Shown in pieces: positions 33,392-45,334 of a stretch of DNA of 64,000 nucleotides. The notes under the pieces are model-generated. The model saw nothing but the letters and a program-made list of their open reading frames with translations. It was not told the DNA's origin and ran no database searches. Source of the DNA: Diplonema japonicum (taxonomy: Eukaryota; Protista; Euglenozoa: Diplonemea). The position numbers and the translations under genes were made by a program. The number at the start of each line of letters is the position of its first letter. Position 1 is the first letter of the stretch. Where the stretch lies: contig OZ025650.1 in NCBI GenBank assembly GCA_964019335.1, forward strand, positions 935,970 through 999,969, in the 5' to 3' direction.

Positions 33392-35140
33392 ATGGATGAC
33401 GTGCTGTGGGAATATTACAAAGGGTGCAGGTTTGTAGATTGTGAGATAGTTGATGGCGCAGATGCCGAACGCAAATGGGGGTGCCACAGGGTGGTGTTAG
33501 CAGCCAACAGCTCGTACTTCGATGCCCTCTTCGCACCGGAGCAGGTGGTGCAAGAAGCACAAGACACACAAGGGTCAGTCATCGGCACCCTGTCGCAGGC
33601 TATTGTAAGACTGCCTTTTCCGCAACAAGCAACACATGTTTTTGGGGACATTGTATCTTACCTGTACAATCAAAGCGTGCAGAATGACATCCCACTAGAG
33701 GACACGGTCCCTCTGCTTGTGCTGGCAGCCCTGCTGGGAATGGACGGGCTTAGCGTGAAACTGTACAACGCTCTCATGCAGCTGTCGTCCTCACCAACAG
33801 AATGCGTAGCTGTACTTAGCCTGCTAACGGATCAATGGCTTAAAGATCTAGATTCGGTAGTTTGTAAAGCAGCACTCAGTGCATCTATCAATCACCAGGC
33901 CATGGCCGTCGCAGTGCGAGGCGCTCGTGAAGCGGCAGTACGATGTAAAGCACTTCACAAGCACTGTGTTGGCACGCTAGTACCATCTCTGACTGATCTG
34001 TGTCTTGAGGAACTCCCCCCCGAGTCTCTGCTGTCCATTTTGCAGCACAGCACACAAGACGCTGCAACTACCTCCTCCTTGGTATCCAAGTACATCATCA
34101 AGAAGGAAGCTTCTTCTGTTCCAGATAACGTCTTCTCGCAACTCTGTCTGCACGTGACTAACATTCCGGCAGTGGACCTTACTTCCATACTGAAGGTAGC
34201 TATCGAGAGGAAGGAGGGAACCTTGATCAAGAAATGTCTCTCGGCCGCGTCAGATGCGTACGACAAGGTGGACGGCTTGGACAACGAGCTGCTCAACGTC
34301 CTCGATTCCGGTGGACTGAAAAGAAAGCGGAGCCCCGACAGCAGCGAGAAGGAATCTAAAGACTCGTCACACGTTGCCATCCCCCCCAACAAGGAGAGGG
34401 AATCACAGGGTGCATCAGACACCTCACAGACATCATCGGCCCCGTTGGTTTCTTCGTCGCCTGACAAGCTGCCACAGCTTACGGGGGGTTCGGACGTGCT
34501 GTTTGGTGGGACATTGCAGGAAAAGGGGTTCGAGGAGGAGGACGAAGAGGAGAAAGAGAAGGAAGCGATAGATGCTGTTTTGACAATGTCTCAGTCGCAG
34601 GACTGTGCAGGGGTGCAAAAGGTGATGGAAAGGCTACATACAGCTATGGCGTCTCATAGAAAGAAAAGGAAGGTAATATGCAAAAACACAATCATCGAGA
34701 CGAAGACTGAAGTGTACCATAAGGTGGAGCACGTGCGGAAGCATTGCAGCGAGCTGTGGAGCGGTGTCGAAGACACCTTGGGCGCCATGATGGACGAGCT
34801 TGCGAACATGACTGCTGCGGTGAAGAAAGACGTAGAAGGGAAGACAGTAGTTCTGGAGGAGCTGCGCCAGAAATGTGATGGTCTCGAGGAGGAGGTACTT
34901 ACCTCCAAACAACAATGCGCATTCGTCGATGATTTCCTACAAAAGATAAGAATGCACACCAGTTCACAGATCCAAGCTGCGGGACACTGCAGCAAGCAGC
35001 TGGTCACAACACTGAAAGAAGATGCAGATAGCGCAGTGAGCGAGCTGGAGAAGAAGCTGAATAACGTTGCCGACAAGAACACTGGGGCACTGAAGAGACT
35101 GTCGGCGCTGCTAGCAAGCGAGCTGTCGATGGACACGTGA
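33392..35140 (+). CDS. BTB/POZ-domain protein with C-terminal coiled coil
   Basis: 'FVDCEIV...CHRVVLAANSSYFDALF...FGDIVSYLY'. Confidence 0.82.
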   Translation: MDDVLWEYYKGCRFVDCEIVDGADAERKWGCHRVVLAANSSYFDALFAPEQVVQEAQDTQGSVIGTLSQAIVRLPFPQQATHVFGDIVSYLYNQSVQNDIPLEDTVPLLVLAALLGMDGLSVKLYNALMQLSSSPTECVAVLSLLTDQWLKDLDSVVCKAALSASINHQAMAVAVRGAREAAVRCKALHKHCVGTLVPSLTDLCLEELPPESLLSILQHSTQDAATTSSLVSKYIIKKEASSVPDNVFSQLCLHVTNIPAVDLTSILKVAIERKEGTLIKKCLSAASDAYDKVDGLDNELLNVLDSGGLKRKRSPDSSEKESKDSSHVAIPPNKERESQGASDTSQTSSAPLVSSSPDKLPQLTGGSDVLFGGTLQEKGFEEEDEEEKEKEAIDAVLTMSQSQDCAGVQKVMERLHTAMASHRKKRKVICKNTIIETKTEVYHKVEHVRKHCSELWSGVEDTLGAMMDELANMTAAVKKDVEGKTVVLEELRQKCDGLEEEVLTSKQQCAFVDDFLQKIRMHTSSQIQAAGHCSKQLVTTLKEDADSAVSELEKKLNNVADKNTGALKRLSALLASELSMDT

Positions 35141-35190
35141 AAATCTTGTTTTGTTGTTGCCGTAATAACAACCACCCCACCCAGGTACAC

Positions 35191-35790
35191 ATGGAGTCAA
35201 TACTACCGCCAGTGCCAGGCAACAACTTCCACAATGTCCGTTCAGAGGGGAGACTAGCACGGAGCACGTTGAAGGACAGAGATAAGCGGATGAAAGCAGC
35301 TATGAATAACAAGGTAGGAAAGAAAGGCAGAGACAAGAACGTGGGGCAGCTGCGGCAAGGCAGTGGGTGGATTGATGAAACAGAGCGGCTCCGAGCTGAC
35401 AGTGGCGCAGAAGTGCAGAGAGTGGACAGGATGCTGAAGGCAAAGAGACAAGCAAAGTGGGACTATCACAGGTCAATGAACCAGAACAGGGAGAAAGAAA
35501 GGTGGGACAGAATAAACAATGGCAGAGACAAAGTGGCAGAAACGTTGATGCTCGTAGCAGGCACGGACAAACGAAACCAATCTTCTGTGCGGTACAACCT
35601 CATCAACCATGTCTACACAGACAGCAGGTCGGCAGCAGAGGCAACCTACCGCGACGACTGCACCAAATACTTGGCAACTTGTAGAACCAAGGAGCTTACT
35701 CACCGCAACAACTTGTCAGGCTACAACATACTAACAGGTGAATCTTCGAGGCAGATCGAACCACCGTCCAAACCACAAAGACCGCAATAG
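35191..35790 (+). CDS. Hypothetical basic coiled-coil protein (possibly flagellar)
   Basis: 199 aa with 'YNLIN' and 'GYNILTGE' motifs of the kind seen in axonemal proteins. Start follows the acceptor CAG|gtacacATG. Confidence 0.6.
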   Translation: MESILPPVPGNNFHNVRSEGRLARSTLKDRDKRMKAAMNNKVGKKGRDKNVGQLRQGSGWIDETERLRADSGAEVQRVDRMLKAKRQAKWDYHRSMNQNREKERWDRINNGRDKVAETLMLVAGTDKRNQSSVRYNLINHVYTDSRSAAEATYRDDCTKYLATCRTKELTHRNNLSGYNILTGESSRQIEPPSKPQRPQ

Positions 35791-35923
35791 TTTTCTCGAA
35801 CAGAGATGTGCAAAAATATTTTCTGTGTTTAGCCGTCACTCAGTGTAGTGCAATTAGTATTTCCATGCGAAGGCCCGTCCTTGTTGCACCTTTCCGTGTT
35901 TAACACATTTCAGAATAACAAAG

Positions 35924-36781
35924 ATGAGTGTCGAAGAAGAGCATCAGGTGAAAAAGCGTAAGTACGAGGAGATCGATGTAGACGTGCCGCACCCAGTGGA
36001 GCAAGTAACTGTGGTGGATGCGAGCCAGAGGATGTCAAAGTGGCCGCGAATGAAGACAGTGATGCTGAAGGCTCTTGGTGTGGAGTTTGAGGAAGTGGTA
36101 CCAGAGCCAACGGTGACTAAAGGGGAAGCGGTGTATGTGATTGCTAAGGCTCAACACCCCTTTGGAGATGAGGTAGTGTGCTTAGTGGAGAAAAGCAGAG
36201 GGCAAGGGTACGTGTTGATGCCCGAGAAGGCGTTAGCAAAGATAAGAGGGCGTGCGATGGTGACGGCTGTGGGACAGCAATACTCGAACTGGGCGTCGAT
36301 GGAGGAGAAGATGGGCATCAAGGTCACGCCTGAATTCAAAGCAAGGATAGGACAGGTAGGCCTGGTACTTGCGAAGGAACCGCACCCTAGAGACACCGAA
36401 ATTCAAGTCGTTGCCCTTCAGATAGCGGAAGGTGGTGTCGTGCTGGTGAAGTCGAGAGCAATCCGAGAGCTCCCAGTGTCTATTGTGGAAGTTACAGACC
36501 CCCTGGCGAGGTACACCCCTTGGGCTAAAATGGCAGAAGCCCTCGGCATCGAAGAACCCAAAGACCCTCCCACCCTTGCTGCCGGTCAGGCCGGGATCGC
36601 AGTGGTATCTACCCGTAACACAGAATACCCCACACAGGCGGAGAAAAAACACTTTAACGAACCCGATACGATAGTTGTCGCCGTAGAGCTGCTTAGCGGT
36701 ATGTTGAGAAGGCACCTCACCACCACAGGCGCCGGCAAAGTGATGCTCGATAAGCGAGGCTTGAAGTACGTGAAGTATTAG
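35924..36781 (+). CDS. Hypothetical protein with duplicated beta-rich modules
   Basis: 285 aa. Internal repeat 'V(T/V)..(Y/M)S.W..M...(L/M)G' occurs three times. Confidence 0.6.
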   Translation: MSVEEEHQVKKRKYEEIDVDVPHPVEQVTVVDASQRMSKWPRMKTVMLKALGVEFEEVVPEPTVTKGEAVYVIAKAQHPFGDEVVCLVEKSRGQGYVLMPEKALAKIRGRAMVTAVGQQYSNWASMEEKMGIKVTPEFKARIGQVGLVLAKEPHPRDTEIQVVALQIAEGGVVLVKSRAIRELPVSIVEVTDPLARYTPWAKMAEALGIEEPKDPPTLAAGQAGIAVVSTRNTEYPTQAEKKHFNEPDTIVVAVELLSGMLRRHLTTTGAGKVMLDKRGLKYVKY

Positions 36782-36899
36782 CGTCCGAAAAGAACTAAAT
36801 ATGAGCTATTCCTTGGCTTATTTCAGCTCTTTACAAATAATGTAGAGGAGAGTGTTCACATACAAGTCTTTTGTTCTTGTTGCAGTCTCACAGGTTGGG

Positions 36900-39436
36900 A
36901 TGGAATGGATGGAAAGTGACCGGAAGACGACTTCCAGGGGCTACGGTGGGTTCATACTAGGATGTGTCGTGTCGGGGTTCGCCGCACTGCTTCTCTATGT
37001 ACGGTTAGTATCAGAAATGAGGAAAATGAGCATCATCAACGATGCGCTGATGGCGCGGCTTGCAGAAGCGGACATGGAGATCCCTGCGAACCCCGCCGTG
37101 CCGCAGGCTGCCGAAGGAGCTGAAACGTACATTTTTCTGGGACTAATAACAAGTCTATTATTCCTGTCGCTGAGGTTCTTGCATCGAGAGTACAAGCTGC
37201 TTGTCCGGACACGCGGAAAGATATTTGCTGCTTCTAAAAAGGAGGCAGAACGCGAAGGTCAGCAGTATCACCACGACAGAGCCACGAACAGGAGGCTCAT
37301 CAAACACTTCATCATGTACAGGCTGGACTACTGGTTTAGTGCCTCGGTGTACAGCAAGCCACTCACCCTCCTCTTCCTCACCCTTGCACTTATCATAAGC
37401 GGTGGTGTCCTCTTCTACCTTGTGAAGCAAGATACTGTTGGGTCCGCCATGTGGAACGCATGGGCCTTTGTCGCAGACAGCGGCGCGCATGCAGATGAGA
37501 TCGAAACCGGTGCCCGTGTGGTAGGACTGATGTTGACCATCGGTGGCATGTTGGTGTTTGCCTTGGTCATCGGTCTCATCAGCGATGCCATCAGCGACAA
37601 GTTCGACTCCTTGAAAAGGGGAAAGGCCAAGGTGATTGAAACCGACCACACTCTGATCCTCGGGTGGAGTGATAAGACCCTGCCTCTCATCCGAGAAATA
37701 GCTAACGCAAACGAATCACTCGTGAAGGAGGGCAAGCTGTGTGTGATTGCAGTGCTTGCAGAAGTGGAGAAAGAAACGATGGAACAAGAGATCCGCGACT
37801 CGAATATCGATTTACGAGGAAGCATGGTGGTGTGTAGGAGGGGCAATCCTACTGTACTGCACGATCTGCAGCATGTTAGTGCAAGGACAGCGCGGTCTGT
37901 TATCGTGTTGTCACCAATCGGGATGTCTGCAGATGAGGCTGACGCCAGGTCGCTGCGTGTAGTGCTGTGTCTGGTAGGTCTGCAGTACCGCCAGGGACAC
38001 ATCACAGTGGAGATCGCCGACGTGGACAACAGAGACCTTGTGCACATCATTGGCGGCGACCGTGTCGAGACCGTCGTGGCACACGACTTCATCGGGAGGC
38101 TCATCGTTCAGTCATCTAGACAGCCAGGTCTGGCACCCATCCTGGAGCGTGTCTTAGGCTTTGAGGGCAATGAGTTCTACATGGAAGAGTGGCCCACTTT
38201 GATCGGAAAGACCTTTGCAGAGGCATTATTCTGTTTTGAACATGCTATCCCGCTTGGTGTCAAGTATGGCGACGACGGTGCCACCTTCCTGAACCCGCCC
38301 GACAACTTTGTCATCAAGGAGGGCATGGAGATGATTGTACTTGCTGAAGATGATGACTCGTACACTGTGGCGAAAGGACCGTTCGTAAAATACCCGCCCA
38401 CGAAACATAAGAAGGTGATCTCACCGGTGAAGAGCGTGATGAAGAAAGAGCGCGTTTTGTTCATTGGATGGAGGAGGGATCTCTGTGACATGCTTCAAGA
38501 GCTGGACGATGCTGTCGGCAAGGGCTCGGTCCTTACTATCTTCAGCACCGTGCCGATACAGGCAAGGTATACACCCGCTGACTAAATCCACAACATAATA
38601 CAGAGAGGAGAAGCTGGGCGCCAATGGGAGAACAGGACATCTCACCCTTCGCAACCTGACCCTTGATCATGTCGCAGGGAATCCCGTGTCGAGGTGTGTT
38701 GTGCAAAAACAAAATTGAGCTCACATGCCCACAGGCGGGAGGTGGAAGCGCTTCCAATTGAGAAGTACGATTCGATCTTTATTCTGGCCGACGAGGAGTT
38801 TGAGGTATGACACCATACGCGTTACCATGACACGCAGTCGGACATGGAGGCGGCAGATGGCAGGTCTCTTACTTCGCTGCTGTTGATCCATGACGTGAGG
38901 AATCAGAGACTGAACAAAGGGAGGTACACGAGCTTTGCGGAGCATCTTGGGAACAGTGTAAACAGTGTCACGGGCTCTCCGTCAAAGAAGAGCGGGAAGA
39001 AAAGCAGTGCACTGAATAATTTTGCAGTAGTCTCTGAGGTGATGGACCCCAGGACACGGAGCTTGATCAGCCTTGCGAAGGTGTCGGACTACGTCATGTC
39101 CAATGAGATGGTCAGTGCTGCGTTGGCTATGGTTGCGGAATGCAGGGACGTTAACGCGATCTTGAAAGAACTCCTGTCTTCGGATGGCAACGAAATCTAC
39201 GTACGGCCCCTTGAAGACTACGTATCGCCCGGCAGAGAGCTCTCCTTTTGGGATGTCATGAGCATTGTTCGCACGCACGGGTCCATTCTAATTGGTATGG
39301 TGCCGTGAAGGTGGACTGAAAACAATTCTTTATAGGTTACCGTGCTGGAGACGAACCCATCCTGAACCCCGAGAATAAACAAGAACTGCGAAAGTGGATG
39401 AAAGGTGAGAAATTAGTGCTCCTTGCTGAGGATTAA
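36900..39436 (+). CDS. CASTOR/POLLUX/DMI1-like cation channel
   Basis: TM core with filter 'ADSGAHA', 'HTLILGWSDK', RCK domains, 'FEGNEFY'. Four introns (38567-38603, 38694-38734, 38805-38837, 39295-39335) join the ORF pieces in frame to TAA at 39434-39436. Confidence 0.9.
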
Positions 39437-40036
39437 ACTTCTTGTTTTAGTGGGTTCGTTGCTAACACTTCTCCCTATCACATGATCCCTTTCTTCTTCT
39501 TTTATCGATTTATTTTACTCTGAAAAATATGAAAATAATTAAATTTCCCCCATCTTTATTCTTTGAATAGTGTTGTTTTTGAATTCCTTTTTGGGAAACT
39601 GGTGGGCAAAAAAAAAAAAGAAATATTGTAAGCCCTCCCGGAAAAAGGACAATCCCCTTTAAAAGATTTTTTGAATCAAACAAAAAGAAGCTTGCACCCC
39701 TTTTTTAAAAAAGAAAGGGGTAAGAAAGTGTTTTTTTTCTTCTTGCTTTGGGGCTTACGATGATGAATTAAATTACTAAATAATAACGAGCATATCAATA
39801 CGTTTTTTTTTTATCCGGGTAAAAATGATCTCCCCTCACCCCTTTCGTGTATGAAAAGCTTCGTTCTTTTCTTGTGTGTGTTCGAAGACCTCCGATAACA
39901 CCTTTTTCCCAGTCGTGCCATTGTCATGTTGATTTTTGTGGTGCTTAAGCTACCGTGGGTGGGTTCATGTGGTTTTTGTTTTTATTTTTGCTTTTTTGGT
40001 TTTTAATATTACGCAGCACCGCAGTGAACACCCACA

Positions 40037-41424
40037 ATGAGTGATCTGAGGAAGCGCAAGCATGGCTCTGATGATGGCTCCGACGAAGGTGTACTCGTCG
40101 ACAAGCCTGCGGAAGTTGAGGTCTTCCCCCAGCAGAGCCCCACGGAGAGTGCAGTGGAGCCGACAGAAGATGAAGACGAACCACTTCCAACAGACCCCCC
40201 TCCCACGGCAGAGGAGCCTGAGGAACCACCTGTACCCCAAGAGGAGGTCTCTGCTGAACCATCAGAGGCCCCCACTCCCGCAGACCCAGAACCCACCAAA
40301 CCCGAACCAGAAGCACCCGAACCCTTAGAGCTTAAGCAGGAATCGGATCTCAAATCCAGAACACGCAGCAAAACGGCCCCCGCTGTACGCGAACCTGAAC
40401 CCATGTCCCCTGCCACCCCCTACACACCTATCGAAGGCGAGGATGGGGAGCTGGCGGACACACTTAGTAAAGTGATGATGAAGAAAGTGGTGGACAGGTA
40501 CCCCATGATGGAGGATGTGTTCCAGAAGCTTATCCCAGTAGGCGAGAAGATCAGTGAGGGCATTGACACAGTGGGGCCGCACGTTATGAAAGCGTGGGAA
40601 AAGGCTCGCATTGTGTTCCAGAATTGCCCTTGGGAGATTATTCTGTCATTTGTGGGGCTTGTGCTGTGCTTCTTTGGGGGTGCCTTTGTCACTTTAATCG
40701 CAGCGGTGGAAGCCTTCCGCTTATGCGGCGGTTCTAGGACAATGCGGCACCTGAGAGAACTATACCGTGATTACGTGCGAGTGAGGTTGGCTGCAAGGAG
40801 GAACCAGTTAAGGAACCCGACTGCGAAGCTGAAGCCTCATGACTATCTAGTTGTGGCTTTCAAGTCAGTGAAGGATCCCCAGAGGCTCAGCAGCAGCATG
40901 TCAGGCGTCTACACGGCTTTGCTTGCAGTGTTCGCCACACTAAGAGTGCAGTTCGCAAGGACTATCACGCTGGGAAGCTCTATTGGCGACTTCATCAAGG
41001 TTCCTGTCATCAAGTATACAAAGCCGAGCCTCGAGCATGTTATTAGGGACCCTGATTACGTCAAGTGGATTCCCACTATCACCGAATGGTTGTGCAGAAT
41101 GGTCGGCGTCTCCATCGCATGGTATGCACAGAGGATGAATGCTGCTCTGCAGTCCTCTCTGCGGGGCGGTCATATGTGCATCAAACATGCTGGAACGTAT
41201 TTGCGCAACATGAAATATTTGCCCAGTACGCCACACGATGACATGCTAGAGGCAGGCGCAGGCTATGCTCTCGCGCTGTTGGGACTTTACTGCCAGTTAT
41301 GGTGGGGGTATGTTTAAGTAACGCTTACCTAACTAATATTAATAGGTTCAGCGTACCATTCCCTTTGAGCATCATTGTGCTTCCGTTGTCGATACTTGAG
41401 AGTTGTTTGCTTTTCTTCATGTAG
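40037..41424 (+). CDS. Multi-pass membrane protein with acidic Pro-rich N-terminus
   Basis: 426-aa ORF. Intron 41308-41345 adds the last exon 'GFSVPFPLSIIVLPLSILE..'. Confidence 0.75.
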
Positions 41425-41517
41425 CTGTAGTTTGTGTATTATTATCATGCTTTGCATGTGTGCGATTTGAATTCGATGTGATGGACTCTCTCGATCTAAC
41501 CATCACACAGGAACAAA

Positions 41518-42370
41518 ATGTCGGGGTTGTTGGACTTCTTCATGGGGAAGGAGAGGGAGCAAACGTATGTGGTGGAGGAGGAGGTATGTCATGGGTTTGT
41601 CTAAATTCATTGTTGTGCAGGACTTTAACCGCGTGCAGCACGACAAAGAGTCGATGACCTTAGCTGTCACAGAACTTTCGAATCAGGGGAAGGTATGGGC
41701 CAAACAAGCCGTTTATGCACGGCAGATGTTCGAAGCACAATACGGACCGATATCAGAATATGAATACCAAGAAGCAATCAACAGCAGGACCCCACAAGAA
41801 ATTGCGGTATGGTGGTCACCGGGATAACACTTTGCACAGTGGGAGCAGAAGGCATCGAACGCATTTTGGCCAAAGGTCGGGTTCGGTGCTCTGGTGGGTG
41901 GTGCCTTGGGTGTAAGTTTTGCTCGGGGGCAAGCGAGCATATTAATACGTTCAAGGAAGCAGATTATGGATCAGCATGGGAAGAAAGCACTGAAGGATCC
42001 AGTCGTGCAGACAGCGTCATGGGCAGAAGACACCAAGAAGGTTAATAGGTGGTCACTGGCCATGTTTGGGTTAGGAGCGTTCGTAGGGGGGAACGTGTCA
42101 TTTTCGAAGTACTATCCCGTGTACTTGGAAGAGGTAGCTTCTCTTCCCAACAGTCAGATGGCATTAGCTCTCAAGAGGATGCATCGACAGTACGAGATCA
42201 GCCAGGCAGCGACGCTGAAGCCTGTGCAAATGAACAAAGTAGCAAGCGCTCAGACAGAACTGGACTCCAAGAAGTCATACGAAGAAGCGAGGGTGCCGAC
42301 GGAATTGGCAGCTGGCCAAGCAATGGCCGCTGGGCTATCAGGTGGTGGATATAAGGCGGGTGGGTCTTAA
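41518..42370 (+). CDS. Hypothetical membrane protein (3 exons)
   Basis: ATG at 41518. Introns 41584-41620 and 41807-41839 join three ORF fragments in frame. Two Gly-rich TM segments. Confidence 0.65.
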
Positions 42371-42410
42371 CAGTATTTTCTACTATTCCACAGAAATCTT
42401 GCTTGCAGTG

Positions 42411-43607
42411 ATGGGGTGGGGTATTGATCCAAAAGAAAAGTTATGGAACGCATGTATCGATGGTGACACAAAGGGATTGAAGGAGGTGCTAGGTAGCGTT
42501 GATATACAAGCTATGAACAGGAGCGGATTGAGTGCCCTGCACCTCGCAGTAAAGCATGGTTGGGTACATATCGTGGAGCTTTTACTGGAGGCAGAAGCAG
42601 ACGTCATGTTGTGTGTCAAGGAGAACAGCGCTGATGCCCACCTCGCTGGCTATACCGTTACTCACATTGCAGCGATACTCGCGGGTCGTGCCGATTGCCT
42701 TTCAGTACTCTTGAAGCACAACCACAGCACCACTGACTGCCGGGGACACAACAGATGGACACCTCTGCACTGCGCGTCATTTGCTGGCCGGTATCAGTCT
42801 ATGAGCCTCCTCCTTGAAGCAGACGCAAACCCAGATACAAAGACCAGCGATGGCAGGACGGCTCTGATGCTCGCTGCTAGTACAGCCATGCCGCGATCCG
42901 TCAGGCTCCTTCAAGGCGCTGCTGCTAATGTTGCGATGCAGGACAATGAGGGTAACACCGCCCTACATCACGCACTCGAAACCAAAACCATGAAGCTCCT
43001 CAACGGGAAGATGCAGTTGCGGGCAGACTGCTATGAGGCAGCCTACCTTCTGGTGCTGGCAGGGTGTGATCCTTCAGTGCCCTCGAAGCAAGGTGTAACA
43101 CCCACGGACTATCTTGCACGAAACTGGCATATTTTCTTTGCACTAACGTACAAGTGGCGTAAAAACATTTTGCGTGGCGGTGCTTTGCCATTCTCAGATG
43201 TTAAAGTGCCTAATGTCGTGTCTGGCTTAGGCTTTGAAGAGATTCTTTCTGCTGAGTTCAGCACGCTGCTTGCTTTGGGAATTGAAAGACAGGACGCCAG
43301 CGACCTCAAGGAATGCTTGTACAGTGCTTGGGGTGAAATTGCTAAGCTGCGCAACATGTCTACAGTGTCCGCTTCCCCAAGGAGGAGGACCAACACCAAA
43401 CCGTCGCCCCCTCCTGCGGGGGCAAAGCCTCCTACCTGGAAGAAGCCTTTCGTAAATTTCAAAACACATGTGTTGCCTGTTGCACTTTTGGTACTTGCTT
43501 TTTGGCTCGGTTTGATAGTTGAGCGCTATAAAGACAACACTTTGCTGTATTTGGTAACCTTGCTGTTTCCAGACCCCTTTGCTGCTGGGGTTGTTGTAGA
43601 TGTTTAG
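42411..43607 (+). CDS. Ankyrin-repeat protein with C-terminal membrane anchor
   Basis: Repeats 'GLSALHLAVKHG', 'WTPLHCASFAG', 'GRTALMLAA', 'GNTALHHA' and a hydrophobic C-terminus. Confidence 0.88.
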   Translation: MGWGIDPKEKLWNACIDGDTKGLKEVLGSVDIQAMNRSGLSALHLAVKHGWVHIVELLLEAEADVMLCVKENSADAHLAGYTVTHIAAILAGRADCLSVLLKHNHSTTDCRGHNRWTPLHCASFAGRYQSMSLLLEADANPDTKTSDGRTALMLAASTAMPRSVRLLQGAAANVAMQDNEGNTALHHALETKTMKLLNGKMQLRADCYEAAYLLVLAGCDPSVPSKQGVTPTDYLARNWHIFFALTYKWRKNILRGGALPFSDVKVPNVVSGLGFEEILSAEFSTLLALGIERQDASDLKECLYSAWGEIAKLRNMSTVSASPRRRTNTKPSPPPAGAKPPTWKKPFVNFKTHVLPVALLVLAFWLGLIVERYKDNTLLYLVTLLFPDPFAAGVVVDV

Positions 43608-43664
43608 TAGTTTTCTGAGTTACAACACATATAGTATTGCACTCCGTCATATTTTCCAGACAAA

Positions 43665-43947
43665 ATGGTACACATGCGTGACAGAGCAGCGGGGGACCTC
43701 AACGAAGTGTTAGGAATAGAGCCAAAAGCACTGAAGACATTGAGTATGGTTAACAGTCCCGATAAAGTTAAAAGGGAATCTTTGCACCATGGGAAGACTA
43801 TTGAGGTATGTACAATCGCATTTTAACCCACCACAGGAGCGGCTGAAGATTACACCAAAACAAAAACGCATCTCTCATTTGGGAACAACGAAGGTGAAAT
43901 TCCATAAAATGGACGATTTAACGAAAAGCGGCTGGGATGGCATCTAA
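43665..43947 (+). CDS. Small hypothetical protein (83 aa, 2 exons; absent from the ORF track)
   Basis: ATG at 43665, a phase-0 GTATG...CACAG intron at 43806-43836, TAA at 43945-43947. Fills the gap between two genes. Confidence 0.5.
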
Positions 43948-43994
43948 TTTTCTGACGCCTAGTGTCTCCAAGTACCGCACCATAGAAAACAAAG

Positions 43995-45272
43995 ATGGCA
44001 AGGTATACGGTATTAACACCAGCAATGCAAGAGAAAGTACCAGGCGACAGAGACCTGCTTTACGAGGTTTTTCATGAAAATGAGAAGCAAGGTTTGTGGA
44101 AGAGGTTGGCAGGGCGTCTGGATAAGTTACAACAGATGGGCGTGAACATCTTGTCATTGCCGCCTGTAGCTAAAGGCGCCACTGGAGAGGAGTCTTTTGG
44201 TTATGACCCGTGTGACTATTATGACCTAGGCGGGTACGCACAGTGCGGTGTGGTGGGCAGCAGGTGGGGGAATGAAGAAGACCTCCGCACATTGATACGC
44301 GAAGCACGCAATAAGCACATGCACGTCATCTGCGACGTGGTGTTCGTTACAGCTCACTCATCAGGCGCGGAGCCTGCTTCGAAGTGCTTTAAAAAGTGCC
44401 CTACGATACTGCGGGAAGTGGATGACACTCAATACCTCCTTCTCAACCACCAGTTCACACAACAGCAGGTTTTCTGCTACTTAGATTATTTAACTTCCGA
44501 TGTGGGCATCACAGGCGTGAGATGGTGCGGTTCTGACAGAGTTCCACCAAACCTCATCGAACAGTGCCAGAAGGCAGTCCCGCTTTTACGTGTGCACATC
44601 GCATGGCCGCGGTGGGACATCGGGGGCACGCCCGATGGTGCAAATCCGACCTACAAGACAGAAGACACGCAATACGACGATGTGCTATCCATTCGAGATT
44701 GGAATGCTAAGATATTGCCGTCTTCTATCAGCGTCCTGTTCATGGATTTCGTCTTTTGGTCACTTTTAACAAATGCCTTAATGACACCTCATGGACAAGC
44801 GTGGAAGAAGTTGCTTACATACGACACATCACGCAGTGTGCTGTTCTTGAATTGCTTTGCAACTGCATACGTCAACAAGAGCAGGGTGTCCCTTCCCGCT
44901 ATCTTACAGAGCTATGCATATATCATGATGTTGGACAAGGGTCTCGCTCTCATTGACGCAGGCCACAAAGATGTGCCCTTCGCAGCAGAAATCATAACGC
45001 TCCTTTCGAAGCTGAAACGCGGAAAACAGCAGCGGACGACAATCCTTTTTTGCGACGACACCTTATTGCTTTTGTCACGCGGTGTCTTCTTCACTTGCAT
45101 TAATGCAGGCGGTGCAGAGCGCAGCCTTCGATTTAGGTGTGGCAGTACCGACATTCTGGAAGGCATGTGTTTTACTGTCAACGAAGAAAGATGCGGTACA
45201 ACTGGCGAGACAAACGGCATAGCGGCAGTATCTGTGCCAGCAGGGGGTGTTGGTATTTGGTGGCACTGTTGA
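43995..45272 (+). CDS. GH13 alpha-amylase-like protein, probably catalytically degenerate
   Basis: N-terminal GH13 motifs 'LPPVAKG...GYDPCDYYDLG...SRWG.EEDLRTLI...ICDVV'. The nucleophile region reads 'GVRWCG' where G.R.D is expected. Confidence 0.75.
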   Translation: MARYTVLTPAMQEKVPGDRDLLYEVFHENEKQGLWKRLAGRLDKLQQMGVNILSLPPVAKGATGEESFGYDPCDYYDLGGYAQCGVVGSRWGNEEDLRTLIREARNKHMHVICDVVFVTAHSSGAEPASKCFKKCPTILREVDDTQYLLLNHQFTQQQVFCYLDYLTSDVGITGVRWCGSDRVPPNLIEQCQKAVPLLRVHIAWPRWDIGGTPDGANPTYKTEDTQYDDVLSIRDWNAKILPSSISVLFMDFVFWSLLTNALMTPHGQAWKKLLTYDTSRSVLFLNCFATAYVNKSRVSLPAILQSYAYIMMLDKGLALIDAGHKDVPFAAEIITLLSKLKRGKQQRTTILFCDDTLLLLSRGVFFTCINAGGAERSLRFRCGSTDILEGMCFTVNEERCGTTGETNGIAAVSVPAGGVGIWWHC

Positions 45273-45334
45273 TTTACACTTGAACTTTTATGTATTTTAT
45301 TTTATTTCTTATTCTTATGCACAACAGGCATGTC

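Noticed and set aside
2401-39436. LysM protein plus CASTOR/POLLUX channel as a symbiosis-signalling module
   Set aside because: They are 34 kb apart among unrelated housekeeping genes, and the LysM protein has no TM or kinase domain.
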